Below are positions 1-14,720 of a DNA stretch of 64,000 bases, in pieces. The stretch lies in the NCBI RefSeq assembly GCF_009914755.1, contig NC_060933.1. One strand, written 5' to 3'. The notes beneath the pieces were generated by a model. The model ran no database searches. It was not told the DNA's origin and saw nothing but the letters and a program-made list of their open reading frames with translations. Every line of letters begins with the position of its first letter. Positions within the stretch are counted from its first letter, which is position 1. A program made the position numbers and the translations under genes. This DNA comes from the human T2T-CHM13v2.0 reference genome, Homo sapiens.

Positions 1-199
1 TTCCATTCCATTCCGTTCCATTCCATTCCATTCCAATGCAATAGATTTGACTCCATTCCATTCCACTCCATTCCATTCCATTCCGTTCCATTCCATTTCA
101 TTACATTCAGATTGATTCTATTCAATTCCCTAACACTCCATTACATTACATTCCATTCGGGTTGTTTCCATTCCATTCCATTCCATTCCACTCCATTCC

Positions 200-3100
200 A
201 TTGCACTCGGGTTGATTCCATTCCATTCCATTCCTTTCCATTCCATTCCGGATGATTCCATTCGATTGCATTCCATTCCATTCCATTCCCCTGCACTCGG
301 GTGGATTCCATTACATTGCATTCCATTCCGTTCCGTTCTATTCCATTCCATTCCATTCCATTCTATTCGGGTTAACTCCATTCCATTCTATTCCATTCCA
401 TTCCATTCCATTCCATTGCAATCGAGTTGATTCCATTCCTTTCCATTCCATTCCATTGCATTCCATTCCGTTCCGGTTGATTCCATTCCATTGCATTAAA
501 TTCCATTCCATCCCCCTGCACTCGGATTGATTCTATTATATTGCATTCCATTCCATTCCGTTCCATTCCATTCCATTCCATTCTATTCGGGTTAATTCCA
601 TTCCATTCCATTCCATTCCATAACATTCCATTCCATTCCATTCCATTGCAATAGAGTTGATTCCATTGGATTGCATTCCATTCCATTCCATTCCATTCCG
701 GATGATTCCATTGCATTGCATTCCATTCCATTCCATTCCCCTGCACTCGGGTTGATTCCATTCCATTCCACTCCATTCCGTTCCATTCCATTCCATTCCA
801 TTGTATTCCGGTTAATTCCATTTCGTTCCATTCCATTCCATTCCATTACAATCGAGTTGATTCCATTCCATTCCATTCCATTCCATTCCATTCCAGTCCT
901 TTCCATTACATTCCACACGGGTTGATTCCATTCTATTAGTTTCCATTCCATTCCGTTCTCTTCCATTCCACTCTGGTTGATTCCATTCCTTTCGATTCCA
1001 CTCGAATACATTCCCTTCTATTCCACTCGGAACGATTCCATTCCATTCCATTCCATTCCATTCCATTCCATTCCATTTCGCTCCATTCCATTCTGTTCCG
1101 TACCATTCCATTCCATTCCATTCCATTCCATTCCATTCCATTCCACTCGGGTTGATTCCATTCCTTTCCATTCCATTCGGATTGAAGCCATTCCATTCCA
1201 TTCCATTCCATTCCATTCCATTCCATTCCATTCCATTCCATTGTACTCGGGTTGATTCCATTCCATTGCATTCCATTTTATTCCATTCCATTCCATTCCA
1301 TTCCATTACGTTCGGATTGATTCTATTCAACTCCCTTACTCTCCATTCCATTCCATTCCATTCGGGTTGTTTCCATTCCATTCCATTCCATTCCACTCCA
1401 TTCCATTGCACTCGGGTTAATTCCACTCCATTGCATTCCATTCCATTCCATTGCATTCCATTCCGGATGATTCCATTCCATTGCATTCCATTCCATTCCA
1501 TTCCCCTGTACTCGGGTTGATTCCATTTCATTCCATTCCATTCCATTCCATTCCATTCCGTTCCATTGCATTCCATTCCATTCCATTCCATTCCATTCCC
1601 CTGCAGTCGGGTTGATTCCATTCCATTCCATTCCATTCTATTCGGGTTAATTCCATTCCATTCCATTCCACTCCATTCCAGTCCTTTCCATTCCATTCCA
1701 CTCGGGTTGATTCCATTCTATTCCTTTCCATTCCATTCCATTCCATTGCAATCGAGTTGATTCCATTAGAATTGAATCCATTCCATTCCATTCCATTCCA
1801 TTCCATTGCACACGGGTTCATTCCATTCCATTCCATTCCATTCCATTCCATTTCATTCCATTCCATTTCATTCCATTCCATTCTATTCCGTAGCATTCCA
1901 TTCCATCCCATTCCATTCCGTTCCATTCCATGCCATTACACTCGGGTTGATTCCATTCCTTTCCATTCCATTCTAGTTGAATCCATTCCATTCTATTCCA
2001 TTCCATTCGAATCCATTCCATTGCACTCGGGTTGATTCCATTCCATTCCATTCCATTCCATTCCATTCCATTTCATTCCATTCCATTCCATTACATTCGG
2101 ATTGATTCTATTCAATTCCCTTACACTCCATTCCATTCCATTCCATTCGGGATGTTTCCATTCCATTCCATTCCACTCCATTCCATTGCATCAGGTTGAT
2201 TGCATTCCATTCCATTCCATTCCATTCCGGATGATTCCATTCCATTGCATTCCATTCCATTCCATTCCCTTGCACTCGGGTTGATTCCATTCCATTCCAT
2301 TCCATTCCATTCCATTCCATTGCGTTCCACTCCATTCCATTCCATTCTATTCGGGTTAATTCCATTCCATTCCATTCGATTCCATTCCATTCCATTCCAT
2401 TCCGTTCCGGATGATTCCATTCCATTCCATTCCATTCCATTCCATTCCATTCCCCTGCAGTCGGGTTGATTCCATTCCATTCCATTCCATTGCACTCGGG
2501 TTGATTCCATTCCATTCCATTCCTTTCCATTCCATTCCGGATGATTCCATTCGATTGCATTCCATTCCATTCCATTCCCCTGCACTCGTGTGGATTCCAT
2601 TAGATTGCATTCCATTCCGTTCCGTTCTATTCCATTCCATTCCATTCCATTCTATTCGGGTTAACTCCATTCCATTCTATTCCATTCCATTCCATTCCAT
2701 TCCATTGCAATCGAGTTGATTCCATTCCTTTCCATTCCATTCCATTCCATTCCATTCCGTTCCGGTTGATTCCATTCCATTGCATTAAATTCCATTCCAT
2801 CCCCCTGCACTCGGATTGATTCTATTATATTGCATTCCATTCCATTCCGTTCCATTCCATTCCATTCCATTCTATTCGGGTTAATTCCATTCCATTCCAT
2901 TCCATTCCATAACATTCCATTCCATTCCATTCCATTGCAATAGAGTTGATTCCATTGGATTGCATTCCATTCCATTCCATTCCATTCCGGATGATTCCAT
3001 TCCATTGCATTCCATTCCATTCCATTCCCCTGCACTCGGGTTGATTCCATTCCATTCCACTCCATTCCGTTCCATTCCATTCCATTCCATTGTATTCCGG

Positions 3101-3580
3101 TTAATTCCATTTCGTTCCATTGCATTCCATTCCATTACAATCGAGTTGATTCCATTCCATTCCATTCCATTCCATTCCATTCCAGTCCTTTCCATTACAT
3201 TCCACACGGGTTGATTCCATTCTATTAGTTTCCATTCCATTCCGTTCTCTTCCATTCCACTCTGGTTGATTCCATTCCTTTCGGTTCCACTCGAATACAT
3301 TCCCTTCTATTCCACTCGGAACGATTCCATTCCATTCCATTCCATTCCATTCCATTCCATTCCATTCCATTTCGCTCCATTCCATTCTATTCCGTACCAT
3401 TCCATTCCATTCCATTCCATTCCATTCCATTCCATTCCACTCGTGTTGATTCCATTCCTTTCCATTCCATTCGGTTTGAAGGCATTCCATTCCATTCAAT
3501 TCCATTCCATTCCATTCCATTCCATTCCATTCCATTCCATTCCATTCCATTGTACTCGGGTTGATTCCATTCCATTGCAT
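200..3580 (+). repeat. Direct duplication of a ~1.07-kb block (~200-1270 and ~2490-3580), offset 2289 bp
   Basis: Seen: private words gcattaaattcc..catccccctgcactcggattg..ctattatattgc (491/2780), ccacacgggttg (913/3202), ccgttctctt (953/3242). Four ORF pairs are offset by exactly 2289 (e.g. 372..836 vs 2661..3125). Confidence 0.9.
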
Positions 3581-4675
3581 TCCATTCCATTCCATTCCAT
3601 TCCATTCCATTCCATTCCATTCCATTCCATTCCTTTCCATTCCATTACTGATGATTCCATTCCATTGCATTCCATTCCATTCCATTCCCCTGTACTCGGA
3701 TTGATTCCATTCCATTCCATTCCAATCCATGCCATTCCACTCGTGTTGATTCCATTCTTTCCATTCCATTCAAGTTGAATCCATTCCATTGCATTCCATT
3801 CCATTCGATTCCATTCGATTGCACTCGGGTTGATTCCATTCCATTGCATTCCATTGCATTCCATTCCATTCCATTCCGGATGATTCCATTCCATTGCATT
3901 CCATTCCATTCCATTCTCCTGCACTCGGGTTGATTCCATTCCATTCCATTCCATTACATTCTGTTCCATTCCATTCCATTCCATTCGGATTGATTCTATT
4001 CAATTCCCTTACACTCCATTACATTCCATTCCATTTGGGTAGTTTCCATTCCATTCCATTCCACTCCTCTCCATTCCATTGCACTCGGTTTGATTCCATT
4101 CCATTCTTTCCATTCCATTCCACTCCATTCCATTCCATTCCATTCCATTCCATTGTACTCGGGTTGATTCCGTTCCATTGCATTCCATTCCATTGCATTC
4201 CATTCCATTCCATTCCATTCCATTCCTTTCCATTGCATTACATTCGGATTGTTTTTATTCAACTCCCTTACTCTCCATTACATTCCATTCCATTCGGGTT
4301 GTTCCATTCCATTCCATTCCATTCCACTCCATTCCATTGCACTCGGGTTGATTCCATTCCATTCCATTCCATTCCATTTCATTCCATTCCATTCCATTCC
4401 GGATGATTCCATTCCATTGCATTCCGTTACATTACATTCCCCTACACTCGGGTTGATTCCATTCCATTCCATTCCATTCCATTCGATCCCATTCCATTCC
4501 AGTCCAGTCCATTCCGTTCCGTTCCGTTCCGTTCCGTTCCATTCCATTCCCTTCCATTCTATTCGGGTTAATTCCATTCCATTCCATTCCATTCCATTCT
4601 ATTCCATTCCATTGCAATCGAGTTGAATCCATTGCATTCCTTTCCATTCCATTCCATTCCATTGAATTCCATTCC

Positions 4676-4690
4676 ATTCCGGAAGATTCC
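4676..4690. promoter_or_regulatory. First of about 37 perfect three-unit heat shock element sequence matches (aTTCc-gGAAg-aTTCc); function unproven
   Basis: Seen: attccggaagattcc = nTTCn nGAAn nTTCn. Established: this is the canonical HSF1 trimer site. Occupancy at this locus is not shown by the sequence. Confidence 0.5.
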
Positions 4691-7600
4691 ATTCCATTGC
4701 ATTCCATTCCATTCCATTCCCCTGCACTCGCGTTTATTCCTTTCAGTTCCATTCCATTCCATTCCATTCCATTCCGTTCCGTTCCGTTCCGTTCCATTCC
4801 ATTCCATTCCATTCCATTCCGTACCGTTCCGTTCCATTCCATTACATTCCATTCTATTCGGGTTAATTCCATTCCATTCCATTCGATTGCAATCGAATTG
4901 ATTCCATTCCATTCCATTCCATTCCATTCCATTCCATTCCATTCCATTCCATTACGGTTGATTCCATTCCATTGCATTCCATTCCATTCCATTTCCCTAT
5001 ACTCGGCTTGATTCCATTCCATTCCATTCCATTCCATGCCATTCCACTCGTGTTGATTCCATTCTTTAGATTCCATTCAAGTTGAATCCATTCCATTGCA
5101 TTCCATTCCATTCGATTCCATTCGATTGCACTCGGTTTGATTCAATTCCATTGCATTCCATTCCATTCCATTCCATTCCATTCCATTCCATTCCATTCCG
5201 TTCCATTCCATTCCATTACATTCGGATTGATTCTATTCAATTCCCTTACACTCCATTACATTCCATTCCATTCGGGTAGTTTCCATTCCATTCCATTCCA
5301 TTCCTCTCCATTCCATTGCACTCGGGTTGATTCCATTCCATTCCATTCCATTCCATTCCATTCCATTCCATTCCATTCCATTGTACGCGGGTTGATTCCA
5401 TTCCATTGCATTCCATTCCATTCCATTACATTCCATTCCGTTCCATTCCATTCCATTACATTCGGATTGATTCTTTTCAACTCCCTTACTCTCCATTACA
5501 TTCCATTCCATTCGGGTTGTTCCATTCCATTCCATTCCATTCCACTCCATTCCATTGCATTCGGGTTGATTCCATTCCATTCCATTCCATTCCATTCCAT
5601 TCCGGATGATTCCATTCCATTCCATTCGATTCCATTCCATTCCCCTGCACTCGCGTTGATTCCATTCCATTCCATTCCCTTCCATTCCATTCCATTCCAT
5701 TCCATTCCTTTCCGTTCCATTCCATTCCATTCCATTCCGTTCCGTTCCGTTCCGTTCCATTCCATTCCATTCCATTCTATTCGGGTTAAATCCATTCCAT
5801 TCCTTTCGATTGCAATCGAGTTGATTCCATTCCATTCCATTCCATTCCATTCCATTCCTTTCCATTCCATTACGGATGATTCCATTCCATTGCATTCCAT
5901 TCCATTCCATTCCCCTGTACTCGGGTTGATTCCATTCCATTCCATTCCAATCCATGCCATTCCACTCGTGTTGATTCCATTCTTTCCATTGCATTCAAGT
6001 TGAATCCATTCCATTGCATTCAATTCCATTCGATTCCATTCGATTGCACTCGGGTTGATTCCATTCCATTGCATTCCATTCCATTCCATTCCATTCCATT
6101 CCATTCCGTTCCATTCCATTTCATTACATTAAGATTGATTCTATTCAATTCCCTTACACTCCATTATATTCCAATCCATTCTGGTTGTTTCCATTCCATT
6201 CCATTCCATTTCACTCCATTGCATTGCACTCGGGTTGATTCCATTCCATTCCATTCCATTCCATTCCGCATGATTCCATTCCATTGCATTCCATTCCATT
6301 CCATTCCCGTGCACTCGGCTTGATTCCATTCCATTCCATTACATTACATTCCGTTCCATTCCATTCCATTCCATTCGGATTGATTCTATTCAATTTCCTC
6401 CCACTTCATTACATTCCATTCCATTCGGGTAGTTTCCATTCCATTCCATTCCATTCCTCTCTATTCCATTGCACTCGGGTTGATTCCATTCCATTCCATT
6501 CCATTCCATTCCATTCCATTCCATTCCATTCCATTCCATTGTACTCGGGTTGATTCCATTCCATTGCATTCCATTCCATTCCATTCCATTCCATTCCGTT
6601 CCATTCCATTCCATTACATTCGGATTGATTCTATTCAACTCCCTTACTCTCCATTACATTCCATTCCATTCGGGTTGTTCCATTCCATTCCATTCCATTC
6701 CACTCCATTCCATTGCACTCGGGTTGATTCCATTCCATTCCATTCCATTCCATTCCATTCCATTCCATTCCATTCCGTTCCTTTCCATTCCATTCCATTC
6801 CATTCTATTCGGGTTAATTCCATTCCATTCCATTCGATTGCAATCGAGTTGATTCCATTCCATTCCATTCCATTCCATTCCATTCCTTTCCATTCCATTA
6901 CGGATGATTCCATTCCATTGCATTCCATTCCATTCCATTCCCCTGTACTCGTGTTGATTCCATTCCATTCCATTCCAATCCATGCCATTCCACTCGTGTT
7001 AATTCCATTCTTTCCATTGCATTCAAGTTGAATCCATTCCATTGCATTCCATTCCATTTGATTCCATTCGATTGCACTCGGGTTGATTCCATTCCATAGC
7101 ATTCCATTGCATTCCATTCCATTCCATTCCATTCCGTTCCATTCCATTTCATTACATTCAGATTGATTCTATTCAATTCACTTACACTCCATTATATTCC
7201 AATCCATTCTGGTTGTTTCCATTCCATTCCATTCCATTTCACTCCATTCCATTGCACTCGGGTTGATTCCATTCCATTCCATTCCATTCCATTCAATTCC
7301 ATTCCATTACAATTCGTTCCATTCCATTCTATTCCGTACCATTCCATTCCATTCCATACCATTCCATTCCATTCCATTCCATTCCATTCCATTCCATTCC
7401 ATTCCGTTCCATTCCTTTCCATTCCATTCCATTCCATTCTATTCGGGTTAATTCCATTCCATTCCATTTCATTCCATTCCATTCCATTCCATTCTATTCC
7501 ATTCCATTGCAATCGAGTTGAATCCATTGCATTTCATTCTATTCCATTCCATTCCATTCCATTCCGGAAGATTCCATTCCATTTCATTCCATTCCATTCC

Positions 7601-9600
7601 ATTCAATTCCATTCCGTTCCATTCCATTCCATTACATTCGGATTGATTCTATTCAACTCCCTTACTCTGCATTACATTCCATTCCATTCGGGTTGTTCCA
7701 TTCCATTCCATTCCATTCCACTCCATTCCATTGCACTCGGGTTGATTCCATTCCATTCCATTCCATTCCATTCCACTCCATTCCGGAAGATTCCATTCCA
7801 TTGCATTCCATTCCATTCCATTCCCCTGCACTCGCGTTGATTCCATTCCATTCCTTTCCATTCCATTCCATTGTATTCCATTCCATTCCATTCCGGATGA
7901 TTCCATTCCATTGCATTCCATTCCATTCCATTCCCCTGCACTCGCGTTGATTCCATTCCATTCCATTACATTACATTCCGTTCCATTCCATTCCATTCCA
8001 TTCGGATTGATTCTATTCAATTCCCTTACACTCCATTACTTTCCATTCCATTCGGGTACTTTCCATTCTATTCCATTCCATTCCTCTGCATTCCATTGCA
8101 CTCGGGTTGATTCCATTCCATTGCAATCCATTCCATTCCATTCCATTCCATTCCGTTCCGTTCCATTCCATTCCATTCCATTACATTCGGATTGATTCTA
8201 TTCAACTCCCTTACTCTCCATTACATTCCATTCCATTCGTGTTGTTCCATTCCATTCCATTCCATTCCACTCCATTCCATTGCACTCGGGTTGATTCCAT
8301 TCCATTCCATTCCATTCCATTCTATTCCATTCCGGAGGATTCCATTCCATTGCATTCCATTCCATTCCATTCCCCTGCACTTGCGTTGATTCCATTCCAT
8401 TCCATTCCATTCCATTCCATTCCATTCCGTTCCGTTCCGTTCCGTTCCATTCGATTCCATTCCATTCTATTCGGGTTATTTCCATTCCATTCCATTCGAT
8501 TGCAATCGGGTTGATTCCATTCCATTCCATTCCATTCCATTCCATTCCATTCCATTCCTTTCCATTCCATTACGGATGATTCCATTCCATTGCATTCCAT
8601 TCCATTCCATTCCCCTGTACTCGGGTTGTTTCCATTCCATTCCATTCCATTCCATGCCATTCCACTCGTGTTGATTCCATTCTTTCCATTCCATTCAAGT
8701 TGAATCCATTCCATTGCATTCCATTCCATTCCATTCCCCTGCAGTCGGGTTGATTCCATTCCATTCCATTCCATTCCATTCCATTCCATTCCATTCCAAT
8801 CCTTTCCTTTCCGTTCCTTTCCGTTCCATTCCATTCCATTCTATTCGGGTTAATTCCATTCCATTCCATTCCATTCCATTCCATTCCAATCGAGTTGATT
8901 CCATTCCATTCCATTCCATTCCATTCCATTGCATTCCATTCCATTCCATTCCATTCCATTCCATTCCATTCCATTCCTTTCCATTCCATTCCATTCCATT
9001 CCATTCCATTCCATTCCGTTCCGTTCCGTTCCATTCCGTTCCATTCCATTCCATTCCATTCTATTCGGGTTATTTCCATTCCATTCCATTCGATTGCGAC
9101 CGAGTTGATTCCATTCCATTCCATTCCATTCCATTCCATTCCATTCCTTTCCATTCCATTACGGATGATTCCATTCCATTGCATTCCATTCCATTCCATT
9201 CCCCTGTACTCGGGTTGATTCCATTCCATTCCATTCCAATCCATGCCATTCCACTCGTGTTGATTCCATTCTTTCCATTCCATTCAAATTGAATCAATTC
9301 CTTTGCATTCCATTCCATTCCATTCCCCTGCAGTCGGGTTGATTCCATTCCATTCCATTCCATTCCATTCCATTCCGTTCCGTTCCATTCCATTCCATTC
9401 CATGCTATTCGGGTTAATTCCATTCCATTCCATTCCATTTCATTCCATTCCATTCCATTCCAATCGAGTTGATTCCATTCCATTCCATTCCATTCCATTC
9501 CATTCCACTCCATTCCAGTCCTTTCCATTCCATTCCACTTTGGTTCCATTCCAATCCATTACAATCGAGTTGATTCCATTCCATTCCATTCAATTCCATT

Positions 9601-9905
9601 CCAGTCCTTTCCATTCCATTCCACTCGGGTTGATTCCATTCTATTAGTTTCCATTCGTTTCCATTTCCTTCCATTCCACTCTGGTTGATTCCATTCCTTT
9701 CCATTCCACTCGAATACATTCCCTCCTATTCCACTCGGAACGATTCCATTCCATTCCATTCCATTCCATTCCATTCCATTCCATTCCATTCCATTTCGTT
9801 CCATTCCATTCTATTCCGTACAATTCCATTCCATTCCATTCCATTCCATTACTTTCCACTCGTGTTGATTCCATTCCTTTCCATTCCATTCGGTTTGAAG
9901 GCATT
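9601..9905 (+). repeat. Representative copy of rarer cassette B (ccagtcctttcc..ctattagtttcc..ctctggttg..ctcgaatacattccctcctatt..ctcggaacg..ttcggtttgaaggc); about 14 full or partial copies
   Basis: Seen: ctcgaatacatt or a 1-nt variant near 1001, 3290, 9710, 14910, 16837, 29194, 30377, 34905, 38059, 39387, 41344, 46330, 49180, 54732. Confidence 0.85.
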
Positions 9906-12900
9906 CCATTCCATTCAATTCCATTCCATTCCTTTCCATTCCATTCCATTCCATTCCATTCCATTCCATTCCATTCCATTCCATTGTACTCTGGTTGATT
10001 CCATTCCATTGCATTCCATTCCATTCCATTCCGTTGCATTCCATTCCATTACATTCGGATTGATTCTATTCAACTCCCTTACTCTCCATTACATTCCATT
10101 CCATTCGGGTTGTTCCATTGCATTCCATTCCATTCCACTCCATTCCATTGCACTCGGGTTGATTCCATTCCATTCCATTCCATTCCATTCCATTCCATTC
10201 CATTCCGGATGTTTCCATTCCATTGCATTCCGTTCCATTACATTCCCCTGCACTCGCGTTGATTCCATTCCATTCCATTCCATTCAATTCAATTCCATTC
10301 CATTACAATTCCTTCCATTCCATTCTATTCCGTACCATTCCATTCCATTCCATACCATTCCATTCCATTCCATTCCATTCCATTCTGTTCCATTCCGTTC
10401 CATTCCATTCCATTCCATTCTATTCGGGTTAATTCCATTCCATTCCATTCTATTCCATTCCATTGCAATCGAGTTGAATCCATTGCATTTCATTCCATTC
10501 CATTCCATTCCATTCCATTCCATTCCGGAAGATTCCATTCCATTGCATTCCATTCCATTCCATTCCCCTGCACTCGCGTTGATTCCATTCCATTCCATTC
10601 CATTCCATTCCATTCCGTTCCGTTCCGTTCCGTTCCATTCCATTCCATTCCATTCCATTCCATTCCGTTCTGTTCCGTTCCATTCCATTCCATTCCATTC
10701 CATTCCATTCTATTCGGGTTAATTCCATTCCATTCCATTCGATTGCAATCGAGTTGATTCCATTCCATTCCATTACATTCCATTCCATTCCATTCCATTC
10801 CTTTCCATTCCATTACGGATGATTCCATTCCATTGCATTCCATTCCATTCCATTCCCCTACACTCGCCTTGATTCCATTCCATTCCATTCCATTCCGTTC
10901 CGTTCCGTTCCATTCCATTCCATTCCATTCCATTCCGTTCCGTTCCGTTCCGTTCCATTCCATTCCATTCCATTCCATTCCATTCTATTCGGGTTAATTC
11001 CATTCCATTCCATTCTATTGCAATCGAGTTGATTCCATCCCATTCCATTCCATTCCATTCCGTTCCATTCCATTCCTTTCCATTCCATTACGGATGATTC
11101 CATTCCATTGCATTCCATTCCATTCCATTCCCCTGTACTCGGGTTGATTCCATTCCATTCCATTCCAATCCATGCCATTCCACTCTTGTTGATTCCATTC
11201 TTTCCATTCCATTCAAGTTGAATCCATTCCATTGCATTCCATTCCATTCGATTCCATTCGATTGCACTCAGGTTGATTCCATTCCATTGCATTCCATTCC
11301 ATTCCATTCCATTCCATTCCATTCCATTCCGTTCCATTCCATTCCATTACATTCGGATTGATTCTATTCAATTCCCTTATACTCCATTACATTCCATTCC
11401 ATTCAGGTAGTTTCCATTCCATTCCATTCCATTCCTCTCCATTCCATTGCACTCGGGTTGATTCCATTCCATTCCATTCCATTCCATTCCACTCCATTCC
11501 ATTCCATTCCATTGTACTCGGGTTGATTCCATTCCATTGCATTCCTTTCCATTCCATTCCATTCCATTCCATTCCGTTCCATTCCATTCCATTACATTCG
11601 GATTGATTCTTTTCAACTCCCTTACTCTCCATTACATTCCATTCCATTCCACTCCATTCCATTGCACTCGGGTTGATTCCATTCCATTCCATTCCATTCC
11701 ATTCCGGATGATTCCATTCCATTCCATTCAATTCCATTCCATTCCCCTGCACTCGCGTTGATTCCATTCCATTCCATTCCATTCCATTCCATTCCATTCC
11801 TTTCCGTTCCATTCCATTCCATTCCATTCCGTTCCGTTCCGTTCCATTCCATTCCATTCCATTATATTCGTGTTAATTCCATTCCATTCCATTCGATTGC
11901 AATAGAGTTGATTCCATTCCATTCCATTCCATTCCATTCCATTCCATTCCATTCCATTCCTTTCCATTCCATTACGGATGATTCCATTCCATTGCATTCC
12001 ATTCCATTCCATTCCCCTGTACTCGGGTTGATTCCATTCCATTCCATTCCAATCCATGCCATTCCACTCGTGTTGATTCCATTCTTTCCATTCCATTCAA
12101 GTTGAATCCACTCCATTGCATTCCTTTCCATTCGATTCCATTCGATTGCACTCGGGTTGATTCCATTCCATTGCATTCCATTCCATTCCATTCCATTCCA
12201 TTCCATTCCATTCCTTTCCATTCCGTTCCATTCCATTTCATTACATTCAGATTGATTCTATTCAATTCCCTTACACTCCATTATATTGCAATCCATTCTG
12301 GTTGTTTCCATTCCATTCCATTCCATTTCACTCCATTCCATTGCACTCGGGTTGATTCCATTCCATTCCATTCCATTCCATTCCGGATGATTCCATTCCA
12401 TTGCATTATATTCCATTCCATTCCCCTGCACTCGGGTTGATTCCATTCCATTCCATTCCATTACATTACATTCCGTTCCATTCCACTCCATTCCATTCGG
12501 ATTGATTCTATTCAATTTCCTTACACTTCATTACATTCCATTCCATTCGGGTAGTTTCCATTCCATTCCATTCCATTCCTCTCTATTCCATTGCACTCGG
12601 GTTGATTCCATTCCATTCCATTCCATTCCATTCCATTGTAATCGGGTTGATTCCATTCCATTGCATTCCATTCCATTCCATTCCATTCCATTCCATTCCG
12701 TTCCATTCCATTTCATTACATTCGGATTGATTCTATTCAACTCCCTTACTCTCCATTACATTCCATTCCATTCGGGTTGTTCCATTCCATTCCATTCCAT
12801 TCCACTCCATTCCATTGCACTCGGGTTGATTCCATTCCATTCCATTCCATTCCATTCCGGAAGATTCCATTCCATTGCATTCCATTCCATTCCATTCCCC

Positions 12901-12939
12901 TGCACTCGGGTTGATTCCATTCCATTCCATTCCATTCCA

Positions 12940-14720
12940 TTCCATTCCGGATGATTCCATTCCATTGCATTCCGTTCCATTTCATTCACCTGCAGTCGGG
13001 TTGATTCCATTCCATTCCATTCCATTCCATTGGATTCCATTCCATTCCAATTCTTTCCATTCCATTCTATTCCGTACCATTCCATTCCATTCCATACAAG
13101 TCCATTCCATTCCATTCCATTCCATTCCATTCCATTCCGTTCCGTTCCGTTCCGTTCCGTTCCATACCATTCCATTCCATTCTATTCGGGTTAATTCCAT
13201 TCCATTCCATTCCATTCCATTCTATTCCATTCCATTGCAATCAAGTTGAATCCATTGCATTCCATTCCATTCCATTCCATTCCATTCCATTCCAAAAGAT
13301 TCCATTCCATTGCATTCCATTCCATTCCATTCCCCTGCACTTGCGTCGTTTCCATTCCATTCCATTCCATTCCATTCCGTTCCGTTCCGTTCCGTTCCAT
13401 TCCATTCCATTCCATTTCATTCCGTTCCGTTCCGTTCCGTTCCATTCCATTCCATTCTATTCGGGTTAACTCCATTCCATTCCATTCGATTGCAACCGAG
13501 TTGCTTCCATTCCATTCCATTCTATTCCATTCCATTCCATTCCATTCCATTCCTTTCCATTCCATTACGGATGATTCCATTCCATTGCATTCCATTCCAT
13601 TCCATTCCCCTGTACTCGGGTTGATTCCATTCCATTCCATTCCATTCTATTCCATTCCATTCCATTCCATTCCGGAAGATTCCATTCCATTGAATTCCAT
13701 TCCATTCTATTCCCCTGCACTTGGGTTGATTCCATTCCATTCCATTCCATTCCTTTCTGTTCCATTCCATTCCATTTCATTCCATTCTATTCGAGTTAAT
13801 TCCATTCCATTCTATTCCATTCCATTCCATTGAAATCGAGTTGATTCCATTCCATTCCATTCCATTCCATTCCATTCCATTCCATTCCGGATGATTCCAT
13901 TCCATTGCATTCCGTTCCATTTCATTCACCTGCACTCGGGTTGATTCCATTCCATTCCATTCCATTCCATTGGATTCCATTCCATTCCAATTCTTTCCAT
14001 TCCATTCTATTCCGTACCATTCCATTCCATTCCATACAAGTCCATTCCATTCCATTCCATTCCATTCCATTCCGTTCCGTTCCGTTCCGTTCCGTTCCAT
14101 ACCATTCCATTCCATTCTATTCGGGTTAATTCCATTCCATTCCATTCCATTCCATTCTATTCCATTCCATTGCAATCAAGTTGAATCCATTGCATTCCAT
14201 TCCATTCCAGAAGATTCCATTCCATTGCATTCCATTCCATTCCATTCCCCTGCACTGGCGTCGATTCCATTCCATTCCATTCCATTCCATTCCATTCCGT
14301 TCCGTTCCGTTCCATTCCATTCCATTCCATTCCATTTCATTCCGTTCCGTTCCGTTCCGTTCCATTCCATTCCATTCTATTCGGGTTAACTCCATTCCAT
14401 TCCATTCGATTGCAACCGAGTTGCTTCCATTCCATTCCATTCTATTCCATTCCATTCCATTCCATTCCATTCCTTTCCATTCCATTACGGATGATTCCAT
14501 TCCATTGCATTCCATTCCATTCCATTCCCTTGTACTCGGGTTGATTCCATTCCATTCCATTCCATTCTATTCCATTCCATTCCATTCCGGAAGATTCCAT
14601 TCCATTGAATTCCATTCCATTCTATTCCCCTGCACTTGGGTTGATTCCATTCCATTCCATTCCATTCCTTTCTGTTCCATTCCATTCCATTCCATTCTAT
14701 TGTATTCGGGTTAATTCCAT
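12940..14720 (+). repeat. Tandem duplication, unit ~0.92-0.94 kb
   Basis: Seen: paired private words ttcattcacctgca (12981/13921), atacaagtcc (13094/14034), gcaatcaagttg (13237/14172), gcaaccgagttgctt (13492/14412), cctttctgtt (13752/14667). Confidence 0.88.
14204..14218. promoter_or_regulatory. CpG-free heat shock element variant aTTCc-aGAAg-aTTCc
   Basis: Seen: attccagaagattcc, a CpG>CpA derivative of attccggaagattcc that keeps the TTCnnGAAnnTTC pattern. Confidence 0.45.

Noticed and set aside
3800-3825. CATTCGATTC doublets suggesting HSat2
   Set aside because: They are mostly confined to one spot in cassette A. There is no 23/26-bp HSat2 periodicity, and ACTCGGGTTG plus long perfect CATTC runs indicate HSat3.
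4677-4684. TTCCGGAA as a STAT GAS site
   Set aside because: GAS needs TTC-N3(or N4)-GAA; the spacer here is 2 bp, which is the HSE geometry.
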